Shown here in pieces: positions 1-12,887 of a DNA stretch of 64,000 nt (the stretch's first letter is position 1; each line of letters begins with the position of its first letter). The stretch is from contig OX597838.1 of assembly GCA_951406725.2 (NCBI GenBank), positions 34,968,001-35,032,000 of the forward strand. The letters run 5' to 3'. Under the pieces are notes generated by a model. That model saw only the letters and a list, made by a program, of their open reading frames with translations. It was not told the DNA's origin and made no database searches. The DNA is from Octopus vulgaris (lineage: Eukaryota). The translations under genes were made by a program, and so were the position numbers.

Positions 1-149
1 AATATTCTCTTATTTCCTTTTTAGAAATATGATCCATTCCATATTTTGGAGCTGTATCACACTATAGTACAGAGATTGTTTAATTGAGGATAGAAATTAT
101 TAGCTGTCTGTGGTAAACTTAGCCAGTACACAGCATTACATAACACGAT

Positions 150-280
150 GCTGATGTAATCTCCAGGGATACAGGCATCCAGCAACAGGACCTCCGTAAT
201 GCCATGATGGACCGTGAAGTCTGGCGTAGCATAGTAAATTCCATTGTCTCGACCACGGTCAAACAATGATGATGATGATG
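150..280 (+). mobile_element. RTE-like LINE 3' end fragment
   Basis: Translates DVISRDTGIQQQDLRNAMMDREVWRSIVNSIVSTTVKQ*, followed by a (TGA)n tail. The DR..WR motif is typical of RTE-clade ORF C-termini. Confidence 0.6.
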
Positions 281-324
281 CTGTGTCATGTCATACATCA
301 TACTGTATTACGCTTAGAACAATA

Positions 325-865
325 TACCACACTTATGATAATACAATCTTACTCATGGTACAGCACTCACAATGCCACACTCCCAATATTTATGATACCA
401 CACTCACAATACCACACTCACAATGGCACAAGACCACACTTACAATAATGCCACAATCATGACCACATTTGCAACCTCACACTCACAGCCTCACATTCAT
501 AATTCCACACTCACAATGTCATACTCAGCATCACACTCATAATGCTACATTCACAGCATCACAATACCACACTCACGACATTACACTCACAATATTACAC
601 TCAATTCCACACCCATGACATCACACTCATGACACCACACTCATGACGCCACACTCACGATGCCACACTCACAATGCCATACTCACAATGCCACACTCAC
701 AACATTATACTCACAATATTACACTCAATTCCACACTCACATTATTGCACTCAATTCTTCACTCACATTATTGCACTCACAACATTACACTCACAACATT
801 ACATTCATAATCCCACACTCACAACATCACACTCACAATGCCACACTCATTACATTACCACACAC
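325..865. repeat. Degenerate 14-bp minisatellite (cacactcacaatgc)n
   Basis: CACACTCA core recurs about every 14 nt; this is the source of the His/Thr-rich spurious ORFs. Confidence 0.85.
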
Positions 866-1439
866 GTGAGAAAAAGACTGGCTGTTCACAGTTGTCAAGC
901 GATGTTGGGGAGGACAAATACAGACACACAAACACATATATATACATATATACGACAGGCTTCTTTCAGTTTCCATCAACCAAATCCACTCAAGGCTTTG
1001 GTCGGCTCGATGCTATAGTAGAAGACACTTGCCCAAGGTGCCACGCATTAGGACTGAACCCGGAACCACGTGGTTGGTAAGCAAGCTACTTACCACACAG
1101 CCACTCCTTACTTCAACTTTCACAATTTACATCACATCTACATGTGTTGGACAGGTTCTCCCCCACACAGAACCTCACTATTTGTTACAATTTACCATTA
1201 TCTCTTTTATGAGGTTCAACAATCTTGATTTCACCTCTCAATACTTCTTCCTCCCATCTTCCTCTGTTGCACATTCCTTCCATTTCCATCACCTGGCATT
1301 TCTTTATCTAACTCCCATTCTTCAAATACATCCAGACAGAGAGAGAGAGAGGAGAGAGATAACAGACTTAGATGGATATATACACTCATATGCAACAGCT
1401 CAGCTCTTGTAGTTGTTGCCAATAATAATAATAATAATA

Positions 1440-1483
<44 letters not shown>

Positions 1484-1499
1484 AAATGATAATAATAAT

Positions 1500-1963
1500 A
1501 AAGATGGGCTACAGCAAATATTCTGCTCAATACCACAGATTTGCTTGTCAGTTGTTTGACCTTAACCAGTTGACCATGTCCCTTAGTGGCTGACAATATG
1601 TGCATCCCTGATCTCGAGCAGAAGTAGTGGGGGAGCATCATAGCCATGTGTTGAGAGGGATTCTTTGGGGTTTGAATAATTCACCTCTGGAAACATGGGT
1701 GTTTTGTTCAACATCCTTAAACAACCCTTATTCAGGGACCTTTTGAGCAGGATGGGCTACTCGACCAGAAGAAAATTCTAACTGAGCCCCACTTGCAAGG
1801 TCATGTGCTGTTTATCTTGATATGAGATCACCATGTCGTGCACATATGGTTGTGATGTATGTGCCTGGTGTACCCTTATCAGATGGGTAGTCATGTTGGG
1901 TATATTGGGCTTCGTATATTTTACCCCAGTGTCACTTTGATGGCATGCATTGCTCTCTCACTC

Positions 1964-1965
<2 letters not shown>
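1500..1965. mobile_element. Unclassified ~500-bp interspersed element flanked by (AAT)n (family E)
   Basis: Closely similar copies lie at 39050-39595 (same orientation) and at 42255-43060, 61600-61975 and 62604-63100 (opposite orientation). They sit next to (AAT)n/(ATT)n tracts. Confidence 0.75.
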
Positions 1966-1999
<34 letters not shown>

Positions 2000-2363
2000 C
2001 CTTTCTATTATAGGCATAAGGCCTGAAATTTTGGGAGAGGGGACTAGTCGAATACATTGAACCCCAGTGTTTCACTGGTACTTAATTTATTGACTCCTGA
2101 AAGGATGAAAGGTAGAGTTGATTTCAGAGGAATTTGAACTCGGAATGTAGTGACGGGTGAAAAACTGCTATGCATTTCATCCAACGTGCTACCGATTCTG
2201 CCAGCTTGCCACCTTAATAATAATAATCCTTTCTACTATAGGCACAAAACCTAAAATTTGGGGAGAAGGGATGAGTCGACTACATTGACCCCAGTGCATA
2301 ACTGGTTTATTGACCCTGAAAGGATGAAAGGCAAAGTCGACACCCTTAATAATAATAATGATG

Positions 2364-2411
<48 letters not shown>

Positions 2412-2794
2412 TTGATTGCTTACATAAATAATAAATGTGTGGAGGCACATGGCCTAGTGGTTAGAGCAGCGGACTCGTGGTTGAGGGATCGCGGGTTCGG
2501 ATCTCAGACTGGGCGATGTGTGTATTTATGATCAAAACACCTCAGCTCCCCATGGCTCCGGCAGAAAGTAATGGCAAACTTCACCACAACATTCTTTGAC
2601 TCTTTCCTCTTGCCTCTAGCAGCTCACCTGCAGCAGACTGGCATCTCGTCCAGGTGAGGAACCCTATATACCAATGAAACCAGGAAACCGGTCCTTATGA
2701 GCTGAGCCAGGCATGGCTCAAGAAAAAAAAACAAACAACATAATAATAAATGAAGATAAAGGTGCATAGATTCATGGTTAGAGTATCTCTCTCT

Positions 2795-2999
2795 TTACTC
2801 TTTTACTTGTTTCAGTCATTTGACTGCAGCCATGCTGGAGCATCGCCTTTAATCGAGCAACTCGACCCCGGGACTTATTCTTTTGTAAGCCCAGTACTTA
2901 TTCTATCGGTCTCTTTTGCCAAACCGCTAAGTAACGGGGACATAAACACACCAGCATCGGTTGTCAAGCAATGCTAGGGGGACAAACACAGACACACAA

Positions 3000-3048
<49 letters not shown>

Positions 3049-3195
3049 TACGACGGGCTTCTTTTCAGTTTCCGTCTACCAAATCCACTCACAAGGCTTT
3101 GGTCGGCCCGAGGCTATAGTAGAAGACACTTGCCCAGGGTGCCACGCAGTGGGACTGAACCCGGAACCATGTGGTTGGTAGACAAGCTACTTACC
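2795..3195 (-). mobile_element. SINE family A copy (tRNA-like head, internal TA/TG microsatellite)
   Basis: Reverse complement of the family A consensus. About 30 full or partial copies in the window, e.g. 8570-8988(-), 10588-10985(-), 22335-22890(-), 33695-34265(+), 40530-41255(+), 44042-44395(-), 46035-46435(+), 54225-54643(-), 59710-60515(+). Confidence 0.85.
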
Positions 3196-3434
3196 AGTAT
3201 CTGCTTTGTGATTGTAAGGCAGTGAGTTCAATTCCTGGTACTGCACTGTGTCCCAGTGACACATTGTGTCCTTAAGCAAGACCCTTTATTTCCCATTACA
3301 AAAATGAGTTGTATCTGTAATTCAAAGGGCCAGCCTTGTTACAATTTGTGTCACACTGAATCTCCCTGAGAATTACATTAAGGTTACGCGTGTCTGTGGG
3401 GTGCTGGAGCAGAACAGTTAGTATAGGTATATAA

Positions 3435-4407
3435 GGTGGTGAGCTGGCAGAAACGTTAGCGTGCCGGGCGAAATGCTCAGTGGTATTTCATCTGCCGCTA
3501 CGTTCTGAGTTCAAATTCCGCCGAGGTCGACTTTGCCTTTCATCCTTTCGGGGTCGATTAAATAAGTACCAGTTACGCACTGGGGTCGATATAATCGACT
3601 TAATCCGTTTGTCCTCTCTGTGTTTAGCCCCTTGTGGGTAGTAAAGAAATAGGTATTTCGTCTGCCGTTATGTTCTGAGTTCAAATTCCGCCGAGGTTGA
3701 CTTTGCCTTTCATCCTTTCGGGGTCGATTAAATAAGTACCAGTTACGCACTGGGGTCGATGTAATCGACTTAATACCTATGTCTGTCCTTGTTTGTCCCC
3801 TCTATGTTTAGCCCCTTGTGTGTAATAAAGAAATAGGTATTTCATCTGCCGCTACGTTCTGAGTTCAAATTCCGCCGAGGTCGACTTTGCCTTTCATCCT
3901 TTCGGGGTTGATTAAATAAGTACCAGTTACGCACTGGGGTCGATATAATCGACTTAATCCGTTTGTCCGTCCTTGTTTGTCCTCTCTGTGTTTAGCCCCT
4001 TGTGGGTAGTAAAAAAATAGAAATAGGTATTTCGTCTGCCGCTACGTTCTGAGTTCAAATTCCACCGAGGTCGACTTTGCCTTTCATCCTTTTGGGGTCG
4101 ATTAAATAAGTACCAGTTACGCACTGGGGTCGATATAATCGACTTAATCCGTTTGTCCGTCCTTGTTTGTCCGTCCTTGTTTGTCCCCTCTGTGTTTAGC
4201 CCCTTGTGGGTAATAAAGAAATAGGTATTTCATCTGCCGTTACGTTCTGAGTTCAAATTCCACCGAGGTCGACTTTGCCTTTCATCCTTTTGGGATCGAT
4301 TAAATAAGTACCAGTTACGCACTGGGGTCGATATAATTGACTTAATCCGTTTGTCCATCCTTGTTTGTCCTCTCTGTGTTTAGCCCCTTGTGGGTACTAA
4401 AGAAATA
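3435..4407 (+). mobile_element. SINE family B, five-unit tandem with one head and a 15-bp TSD
   Basis: Head ggtggtgagctggcagaaacgttagc. Units start with GGTATTT at 3482, 3652, 3836, 4026 and 4224. TSD agtataggtatataa at 3420-3434 and 4408-4422. Confidence 0.88.
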
Positions 4408-4959
4408 AGTATAGGTATATAATGTTGTTAATTAGTCTAATATCTCCCTCCCTTCCATGTGTGTGCTTGCGTAAGTGTGTGTGTACATATGTGAGTATGA
4501 GTGAATGAGTGTGTGTGTGTCCGTGTGTGTGAATATTACAATCCCATTTTACTACTCCAACGTCAAGAGGCTTTCGTTTTTGCTTCAGTGAAACAGATTC
4601 AAAAGGTGAAAGGAAGCAAATAGTTTGTTTTTCATCAGAAATTTCACAAACAGCCAGTTCAAACGAAGGGATCAACTGGAATCCTTGTCGTCATACCAGG
4701 ACGGAATAGGCGTAGGAGTGGCTGTGTGGTAAGTAGCTTGCTTACGAACCACATGGTTCCAGGTTCAGTCCCAGTGTGTGGCACCTTGTGCAAGTGTCTT
4801 CTACTATAGCCTCGCGCCAACCAAAACCTTGTGGGTAGTAATTTGTAAATGGACAAAGGTTGAAGGTCAGGTTGTTTACAAAGATGAATGGAAGGCAATT
4901 GATCATTCTGAACTAAGAAATTTATTGGACTGACTATTCTTATAGGTGTTTATAAATCA

Positions 4960-5275
4960 TCATCATCATCATCATTTAACGTCTGCTTTCCATGCTGGCA
5001 TGGGTTGGACGGTTCAACTGGGGTCTGGGAAGCCAGAAGGCTGCACCAGGCCCAGTCTGATCTGGCAGTGTTTCTACAGCTGGATGCCCTTCCTAACGCC
5101 AACCATTCCATGAGTGTAGTGGGTGCTTTTTACGTGCCACCGGCACAGGTGCCAGACGGGGCTGGCAGACGGCCACGATCGAATGGTGCTTTTTACGTGC
5201 CACCGGCACGGGGACTAGACAAAGCTGGCAACGGCCACGGTCGGATGGTGCTTTTTACATGCCACCGGTACGGAT
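4960..5275 (-). mobile_element. Family D retroposon (RTE-type (GAT)n tail, internal ~63-bp tandem units)
   Basis: Same sequence family as 24605-24810, 29245-29680, 47485-47775, 50843-51176, 54830-55160, 55855-56075 and 56885-57440. Confidence 0.75.
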
Positions 5276-5591
5276 CTAAACATGAAAATGTCACTCAGTT
5301 ATGGAATCACATGGTTTCTGTCAACCCCATTCCCCCTCAAAGTGTATGGTTGACTTTATTGCCCACCCTCCAAAACGATTAAAGGCAAAGTCGACATTTG
5401 AACTCAGAACATAAAGGGCCAGAAGACCACAAAAGCCAGCAATTTCAAGAGGAAAGAGTAAGTCAGTTAGATGGGGCCCAGTGATAGACTGAGACTTATT
5501 TTATCAACCCTGAGAGGATCAAAAGCAAAGTTAACCTCTGTGAAATTTGAACTCAGAATCTAAAGACAGATAAAAGTATCAGGTGTAATGA

Positions 5592-5952
5592 CGCCGCCGT
5601 GGCGATCTCATTCTTGCTCACAACATTATAGGCGGAAAGTGTAACCTCTCGAAAGAGCTGTTCTTCACTCCTGCTCCAGAGCGTCGGCTGCGGGGTCACT
5701 CCGAAAAGCTCTATCTGCGACGATTTCATCTCAATCAAAGGAGAGGGGCTTTCTCCGTCCGGGTTGCGGATCCATGGAATAAGCTGCTGGACGAGATGGT
5801 GAAGATGCCGACAACCGCTCGGTTCAAAGTCTCTCTTGACCACAAGTGGCCGGAACTCTTTACATGAACACCCTCCCTGTACATAACTCCATGTCCCCCT
5901 ACATGGCCTTGCTTTTTGCTTTTTGAGCCAAAAAATTAACTTAACTTAACTT
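5592..5952 (+). mobile_element. CR1-like LINE 3' end (ORF2 C-terminus, 3' UTR, (TTAAC)n tail)
   Basis: Manual translation RRRGDLILAHNIIGGKCNLSKELFFTPAPERRLRGHSEKLYLRRFHLNQRRGAFSVRVADPWNKLLDEMV...WPELFT* (stop 5865-5867). RRGDLI, RGH..KL and FS.RV...WN.L are CR1 hallmarks. Confidence 0.85.
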
Positions 5953-6524
5953 GTTTGACTAAAACCCTTCAAGGCAGTGCCCCAGCATGGCCATAGTCCA
6001 ATATCTGAGACCAGTAAAAGATAAGATACAGTTACCACCACGTCCTGTTCATATATTTTATCACATCTCCACTGCTAGAGACTCTTATATAAGGAGGGTG
6101 AAGTGCAGAGGTGAAAAATATACTTTCTTTTTTATCAAGCCCAGTTTATTGACATGAGATAAAGACATTTATAACAACACTTATGATATTAGTTTCAAAT
6201 TTTGGCACAAGGCCAGCAGTTTTGGTGGTGTGGTGGTGGTGGTGAGGGGGAAGTTGATTTTCCCTGGCATACTCTCTCTTTACTCTTTTACTTGTTTCAG
6301 TCATTTGACTTTGGCCATGCTGGAGCACCGCCTTTAGTCGAGCAAATCGACCCTAGAACTTATTCTTTGTAAGCCTAGTACTTATTCTATCAGTCTCTTT
6401 TGCCGAACCACTAAGTTACGGGGACGTAAACACACCAGCATTGGTTGTCAAGCGATGTTGGGAGGACAGACACAAACACACACAAACATATATACAACGG
6501 GCTTTCAGTTTCTGTCTACCAGTC

Positions 6525-7075
6525 ATTGTTGGGGTAGAATCCTCAGGCATCTCCTCTAATCGGTCCTGTCAGAAGCAATTGTCTTTACACTTCCTGGCTG
6601 GATTCCCTAGAATGGCCAACTGAGGCTATGGACATTATTCAATCATCTCATTCTTGGCCCTCACCAAAGTCTCCTGCTGGTCATGGATCTAGACTCCTCA
6701 TGCACCATAGTGTTCTAGCAGAAACAGTTATCATTACACTTTCTGACTAGATTCCTGAGCATGTCCAACTATGGATATTGTCCAACCATCTTGTTCTTGG
6801 TCTAACCCAAGGTCTCTCACCAGTTAGATCAACTTGAAGAATCTGTCTTGCAGTTTCTTTTTTCCTCGTGACATTCTGGTCATACGTCCTTAGTACCAGA
6901 ACTGTGACCTGACCTTGCAATGCGGAGAAGTAGTGGCTCAACCTGGATAGACACCCTGATCTCTGACCTACACACACTGTTGAGTAACATTACTCCAGAG
7001 ATCTTTTGGAGGGACCCCATTGTGGCTGTTTTCATTCGTGGCCATACTCTTTCATTCATGATCATAGGTGAGGAC
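6525..7075 (-). mobile_element. Degenerate RTE-like LINE ORF fragment
   Basis: Minus-strand peptides such as ARQILQVDLTGERPWVRPRTRWLDNI and IRVSIQVEPLLLRIA resemble RTE ORF C-terminal regions; the sequence is frameshifted. Confidence 0.6.
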
Positions 7076-7998
7076 AATCACGTAAGCTATACAGAAGATA
7101 GCGAGTTTGTTTGTTCTAACAACAAGAAACCCGAGTAGGGTATTTACAAAGTGTAATCCTTCCTTTCTCCTCGTTTTCCCCCCTTTCCTCTCTCCCCCCC
7201 CCCGAATGTCTTAATCAAGATAAGATGTTGTTTGTTTCTTAATGACTTACTGTTATTGATATTAACAATAGCAGCAACAACAACAATAATAATTCCACTG
7301 ACAATCATCAAAAAGGTTAAAACATCTGGAGATAAGAACAATTACTCATAAGATGGGGTCAATTAACTCAAAACAACCTGGCAAACATATTGGTAAGGCC
7401 TGCTATACATGACCATAGAGTTGCTGTTTAACCCCAAGTCAGTATTCAGTGAATAGATCTATGATCATAGGTATGCCAGTTATGGCCATCCCATCTCTTA
7501 TTTTCATTTAGTGCCTTAGTGCCTTTCTTTTTTTTTTTCTTTTTTATTCAAAATCTGACACCACCTCTTCTTCTCATTTCCGAATGTCTTCCCCCGGATG
7601 ATGAATATTTCCAAAATGTTAGGGCGGACTTTGGGTTCTAATAAGAGATGAAGCTCAAAGGTGGAAGCTTTGTGGCTGTATTTCCCATGGGGAAAGGTTT
7701 GGTTGGTGTCAGGATTGAAAAGGGCTACGTTTTTAATGTGGCTCAACCACATGTTGAAAAAAGGCAAAAAAAAAAACAAAAAAAAAACAAGTTATCTTTA
7801 ATTTATTTCAGTCATTGGATGTGGCCATGCTGGGGCAACATTCTGATCATATTGAAAGGCTTTTTGAATCAATCAGATTGACCCCAGCTACTTATTTTTT
7901 TAAGTACTGGGGTCAATTCTGTCAGCCTCTTTTGCCAGACTGCTAAGTTATGGGGATATAAGCAAACCAGTGATGGTGGTGGAACAAACAGACAAAAT

Positions 7999-8074
<76 letters not shown>

Positions 8075-8776
8075 ATGAGCTTCTTTCAGTTTCCATCTGC
8101 CAAATCAACTCACAAGACTTTGGTCGGCCTGAGGCTATAGTAGAAGGTACTTGCCTAAGCTGCCATGCAGTGGGACTGAACCTGGAACCATGTGGTTGGG
8201 AAGCAAGCTTTTTACTACGCGGCCACGCCAATGCCTGGGTTAGAGCAAGAGATTGGTATTTCTCTTCTATGTGAACCATTGTTTTACGAAACTGTAAAAT
8301 GCAATGAGAGCATTGCCACAAGAGGCCTAATGACACACTGTCATCACCATCATTGTCGTCATCATTTCGACATTCTTATCTTATCTTCACTAATTAACAA
8401 ATCTGTCTCACATAAAGTCATTGCACACTTCGTTAGGGTGATAGCACAAGAGAACGTTTACACGGCTGCTTGAGCTATTAAAAATAGAAGACCTTGATAT
8501 GGGGCTCTTGAAGGTAGAATGGACATTGCTATCGGTTGCCCTCAGATCCTATTATCTATTCTACTCTTACTCTCTTTTACTCTTTTACTTGTTTCAGTCA
8601 TTTGACTGTGGCCATGCTGGAGCACCGCCTTTAGTCAAGCAAATCGACACCAGGACTTATTCTTTGTAAGTCTAGTACTTATTCTATCAGTCTCTTTTGC
8701 CGAACCACTAGGTTACGGGGATGTAAACACACCAGCATCAGTTGTCAAGCGATGTTGGGGGGACAAACACAGACAC

Positions 8777-8816
<40 letters not shown>

Positions 8817-9742
8817 ATATATAGGACGAGCTTCTTTCAGTTTCCGTCTACCAAATCCACTCTCAAGGCTTTGGTCGGCCCGAGGCTATAGCAGAAGACA
8901 CTTGCCCAAGGTGCCACGCAGTGGAACTGAACCCGGAACCATGTGGTTGGTAAGCAAGCTACTTACCACACAGCCACCCCTACGCCTCTATAAATTTTTT
9001 CTTTGAGTTGTATCTTTACTTTTTTGGTGTGGCTCTCTAAAAATAATCTCGGTTTTGGATCTGGTCTGGATATTAAAGAAATTGAAAATCATTGCTACAC
9101 ATGGTTGCTCAGCTTGCTGGAAATAGCAGCCAAATCTTCAGCTTATTTCTGTCTCCTTGTCAGAATATGGTAAATATACATCTGATAATGTAGTTTTAAA
9201 TTTCTTCTGGTATGGTCATGTCTGGAATGTGTATGAGCATAGGACCACTTGACCTGAAGCTAACTTGAGGCTAAACAATGCCCTCCCCCCACACACACAT
9301 GCACACTCCCCCCTCTCTCTCATGCAAACTCATATACACATATGCAAACAGGTTTGTGTGGGTATGCATAAATTAAATATTTAAATCAGTCTCTCACACA
9401 CATTTACGTAATGTAAATTAGGCTGCACACATGTAATACAAATTAAGCACGCACACATGCATACACACACATATTTGTGTACCTGCATAAATTTACATAT
9501 CTATTTTACAAACATACACACAAACGCATACATATATTTGTGTATAATCATAGAGACCCATTCACGCACTTACGTATGTGGATGCATAATTACCAACTCT
9601 CGTTTGTGATGTATTAGTAATTGTCTCTAGCTCTCTGTGCTCTAGCCGCAAAACCCTACCATGGTCAGTTTTGTGTTTGACAACTATAGTACCTGGCCAC
9701 TACTGGAATTTATTCTTCTGTCCCTTTTTCTCTCTGGTTCAT

Positions 9743-10420
9743 CTCTTATATAAAATCCGTTCTGTCTGTCTGTGTGTCTTCTCGGATCTCGGGCATCCTC
9801 CATCCGATTGTGCTCACATTTGATATGTAGATACCGACGGTATCAGGGTGGCAAGCTGGCAGAAACGTTAGCACGCCGGATGAAATGCTTAGCAGTATTT
9901 CGTCTGCCGTTACCTTCTGAGTTCAAATTCCGCCAAGGTTGACTTTGCCTTTCATCATTTTGGGGTCGATTAAATAAGTACCAGTTACGCACTGGGGTCA
10001 ATACAATCGACTTGATTCGTTTGTCTGTCCTTGTTTGTCCTGTCTGTGTTTAGCCCTTTGTGAGTAATAAAGAAATAGGTATCAGGGCGCGTATAAGTCT
10101 TGAAAAAGTTACAAAAATCGATTCCAGGTGAGAACGTGATCGATAAAACCGTTTGTGTCCTGCTTTTCTTCCATCAACCTGTACATAACTGCACCTTCCA
10201 TTTTTTGTTGTTTTTGTACTGCTTAAAGGCACGTTTCGGATCTTTCCTGCCAAGCTTACTGTTTAAACCATGTTTGTGTTCTCCCAGTCAACAGCCTTAT
10301 CCATTACTGGTACTTTAAACTCTTCGGTTGCATATTTGTGTGAATAAAATCGTTTTTCTTTGGAATAGAAAAAAAGTCTATCTTTATTTCTTCTTTTGCT
10401 GGTGTCTCAAATTTAGGTTA
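9743..10420 (+). mobile_element. Helitron/Helentron-like non-autonomous element interrupted by a SINE B copy (9847-10077)
   Basis: Starts with tctcttatataaaa plus (GTCT)n; similar starts at about 13225 and 23211. The SINE is flanked by TSD ggtatcaggg at 9839-9848 and 10078-10087. Host class and boundaries are tentative. Confidence 0.45.
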
Positions 10421-11381
10421 AATCAGTGTTTCTCAAAGGGGAGGCCTATGGGACGGTCGGACAAGTTGTTTTGAGAAAATTTGGTTTAAATGTTTGACAA
10501 CTCAGCACTGTCCATTGGACGGTGGGGGTGTTTTGCTTGTACCTGTAATTCAGTGACCCCCAAATCAGTATATAGTATTCCATTGTATACTCTTTTACTC
10601 TTTTCAGTTATTTGACTGCGGCCATGCTGGAGCACCGCCTTTAGTCGAGCAAATCGACCCCTGGACTTATTCTTTGTAAGCCCAGTACTTATTCTATCGG
10701 TCTCTTTTGCCGAACCGCTAAGTGATGGGGACGTAAACACACCAGCATCGGTTGTCAAGCAATGCTAGGGGGACAAACACAGACACACAAACACACACAC
10801 ATACACATATACATATATATACATATATACGACAAGCTTCTTTCAGTTTCTGTCTACCAAATCCACTCACAAGGTTTTGGTTGGCCCAGGGCTATAGCAG
10901 AAGACACTTGCCCAAGATGCCATGCAGTGGGACTGAACCCGGAACCATGTGGTTGGTTAGCAAGCTACTTACCACACAGCCACTAACTCTTTTGCAATTC
11001 AGATTACTTTGTTAGATGTGAAGGTTAAAGGACTCCTTCAGTCATGAATGGTCAAAGGACTGCATCTAGAAAGTTCCTCTCCAAGGCACAAGTCTCAACA
11101 AGGTTGTTTTTTTTTTTATGGAACACCAGCATTCACCCATGCATACCAGCCTTCCTTCTCCATGCCACTGATGTTATCCAAAGGTTGATACAGCTTGGCA
11201 CCAGTGATGATGTTGCAACTCATTTCTACAGCTGAGTGAACTGGAGCAACGGCAAATAAAGTGTCTTTCTCAAGAACACAGCACACAGCCCAGTCCAGGA
11301 ATTGATTATGAGCCCGATGTTCTAACCACTGAACCATGCGTTGTCAGATGTAATGCTTATTTTTTCACACAGTTTTGAATT

Positions 11382-11850
11382 TGTAGTGACGCTACTGTAT
11401 AAGTTTCAGCTCACATGCGCAGAATTGGATTGCTTCCGGTTGGGCACCGGACGTTTTCCTCATGCGCATGTGCAGGAACTGGAACCTAAAAGCCTGACCA
11501 CTGAATCGGTCTTTTCTGGCATGAGCAGTGCTAGCGGTCGGACGTGGCTTGACTTTCTCTCAGGGAACAATCCTACACTCAGAGAACCTCGCCCCAACGA
11601 AGCGGGAGCGAACTGACAAATCGTCTTGACTCGCAATAAGAAAGCATTGCAACCAGTCCTGCGGATTTGGCTGCCAGTTTCCCTACTAGAGATACACGTG
11701 CACTAGTTCTTACCTGTAACCGCAGAATAAACCACCACTTACTGTTGTTGAAGACCGCCTGACTTTGTCTCCGTTTATTCAACTATAATTGTATGTGACA
11801 GGATCAGATCGGACAACCCTCCAGTGTTCCTGAACTCTCATCCTGTTACA
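11382..11850 (+). mobile_element. Putative solo LTR (469 bp)
   Basis: TGTA...TACA termini, 4-bp direct repeat AATT at 11378-11381 and 11851-11854, AATAAA at 11726, and more GC/CpG than the flanks. Confidence 0.6.
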
Positions 11851-12249
11851 AATTAACTGTAAAGAGCACCTGTGCTAGCACCACATAAATAGTACCCGTG
11901 TCAGTGCCACGTAAAGGGCACTCATGCTGGCACTGCATTAGAGGCACACTTACTGGTGCCACTTAGTACACTCTGTAAAGTGGTTGGCATGAGGAAAGGC
12001 ATCCAGCTAAAGAAACCATGCCGAAATCAGATGACTGGGGCCTGGTGTAGCCCTCTGGCTTGTGAGCTCCTGTCAAACCATCTAACCCATGCCAGTATGG
12101 AAAATTTATGTTAAATGATGATGATGATGATGATGATATGGAATTTTGATGATGAGATCATTTATTCTTAAAATGATATTGTAAGGTTGGTATGAAAAGC
12201 CAGATCTGGCCAGCTTTAGCATAAAACAGGTTGAATATTTTAGTCAAAT

Positions 12250-12825
12250 TTCGTTTTTGGTTTGGGTTTGCAAGATTCTTTATATGATTTCATGTGTTGA
12301 AGCATATTCTATTGTCTCTGGGGAGAGTAATTTTCTTTTTGTGCCTTATTATGTAACACACTCACCGGTAAAATTTCCACATTTTTCTTATTTACACTCA
12401 CCGGTAAAATTTCCACGTTTTTCTTATTTACACTCACCGGTAAAATTTCCACATTTTTCTTATTTACACTCACCGGTAAAATTTCCACATTTTTCTTATT
12501 TACACTCACCGGTAAAATTTCCACATTTTTCTTATTTACACTCACCGGTAAAATTTCCACATTTTTCTTATTTACACTCACCGGTAAAATTTCCACGTTT
12601 TTCTTATTTACACTCACCGGTAAAATTTCCACATTTTTCTTATTTACACTCACCGGTAAAATTTCCACGTTTTTCTTATTTTTATTGTCCTAAAACTTTA
12701 GTTGCGTCTTGCAACCTTTTCAATAGTTTAGGACAATAAAAATAAGAAAAACGCGGAAATTTTACTGGTGAGTGTGTTACATAATAAGGCACAAAAAGAA
12801 AATGACTCTCCCCAGACACAATAGA
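12250..12825. mobile_element. Foldback insertion with ~105-bp inverted arms, the left arm expanded by a 36-bp tandem repeat; 13-bp TSD
   Basis: Arms at about 12306-12697 and 12725-12827 are reverse complements once the tandem is collapsed. Direct repeat attttagtcaaat at 12237-12249 and 12826-12838. Confidence 0.75.
12361..12682. repeat. 36-bp minisatellite, about 9 copies (ctcaccggtaaaatttccacRtttttcttatttaca)
   Basis: Units start at 12361, 12397, 12433 ... 12649 and differ at essentially one A/G position. Confidence 0.95.
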
Positions 12826-12887
12826 ATTTTAGTCAAATATTTCCACAATTTACCACATCAGCTTGTGTGTAGGGAAATATCTATCAA

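Noticed and set aside
12257-12739. 160-aa ORF with 12-aa repeats; CRISPR-like appearance
   Set aside because: It is a contiguous 36-bp tandem with no unique spacers and no cas genes, in a eukaryotic TE. The frame is open only because 36 is divisible by 3.
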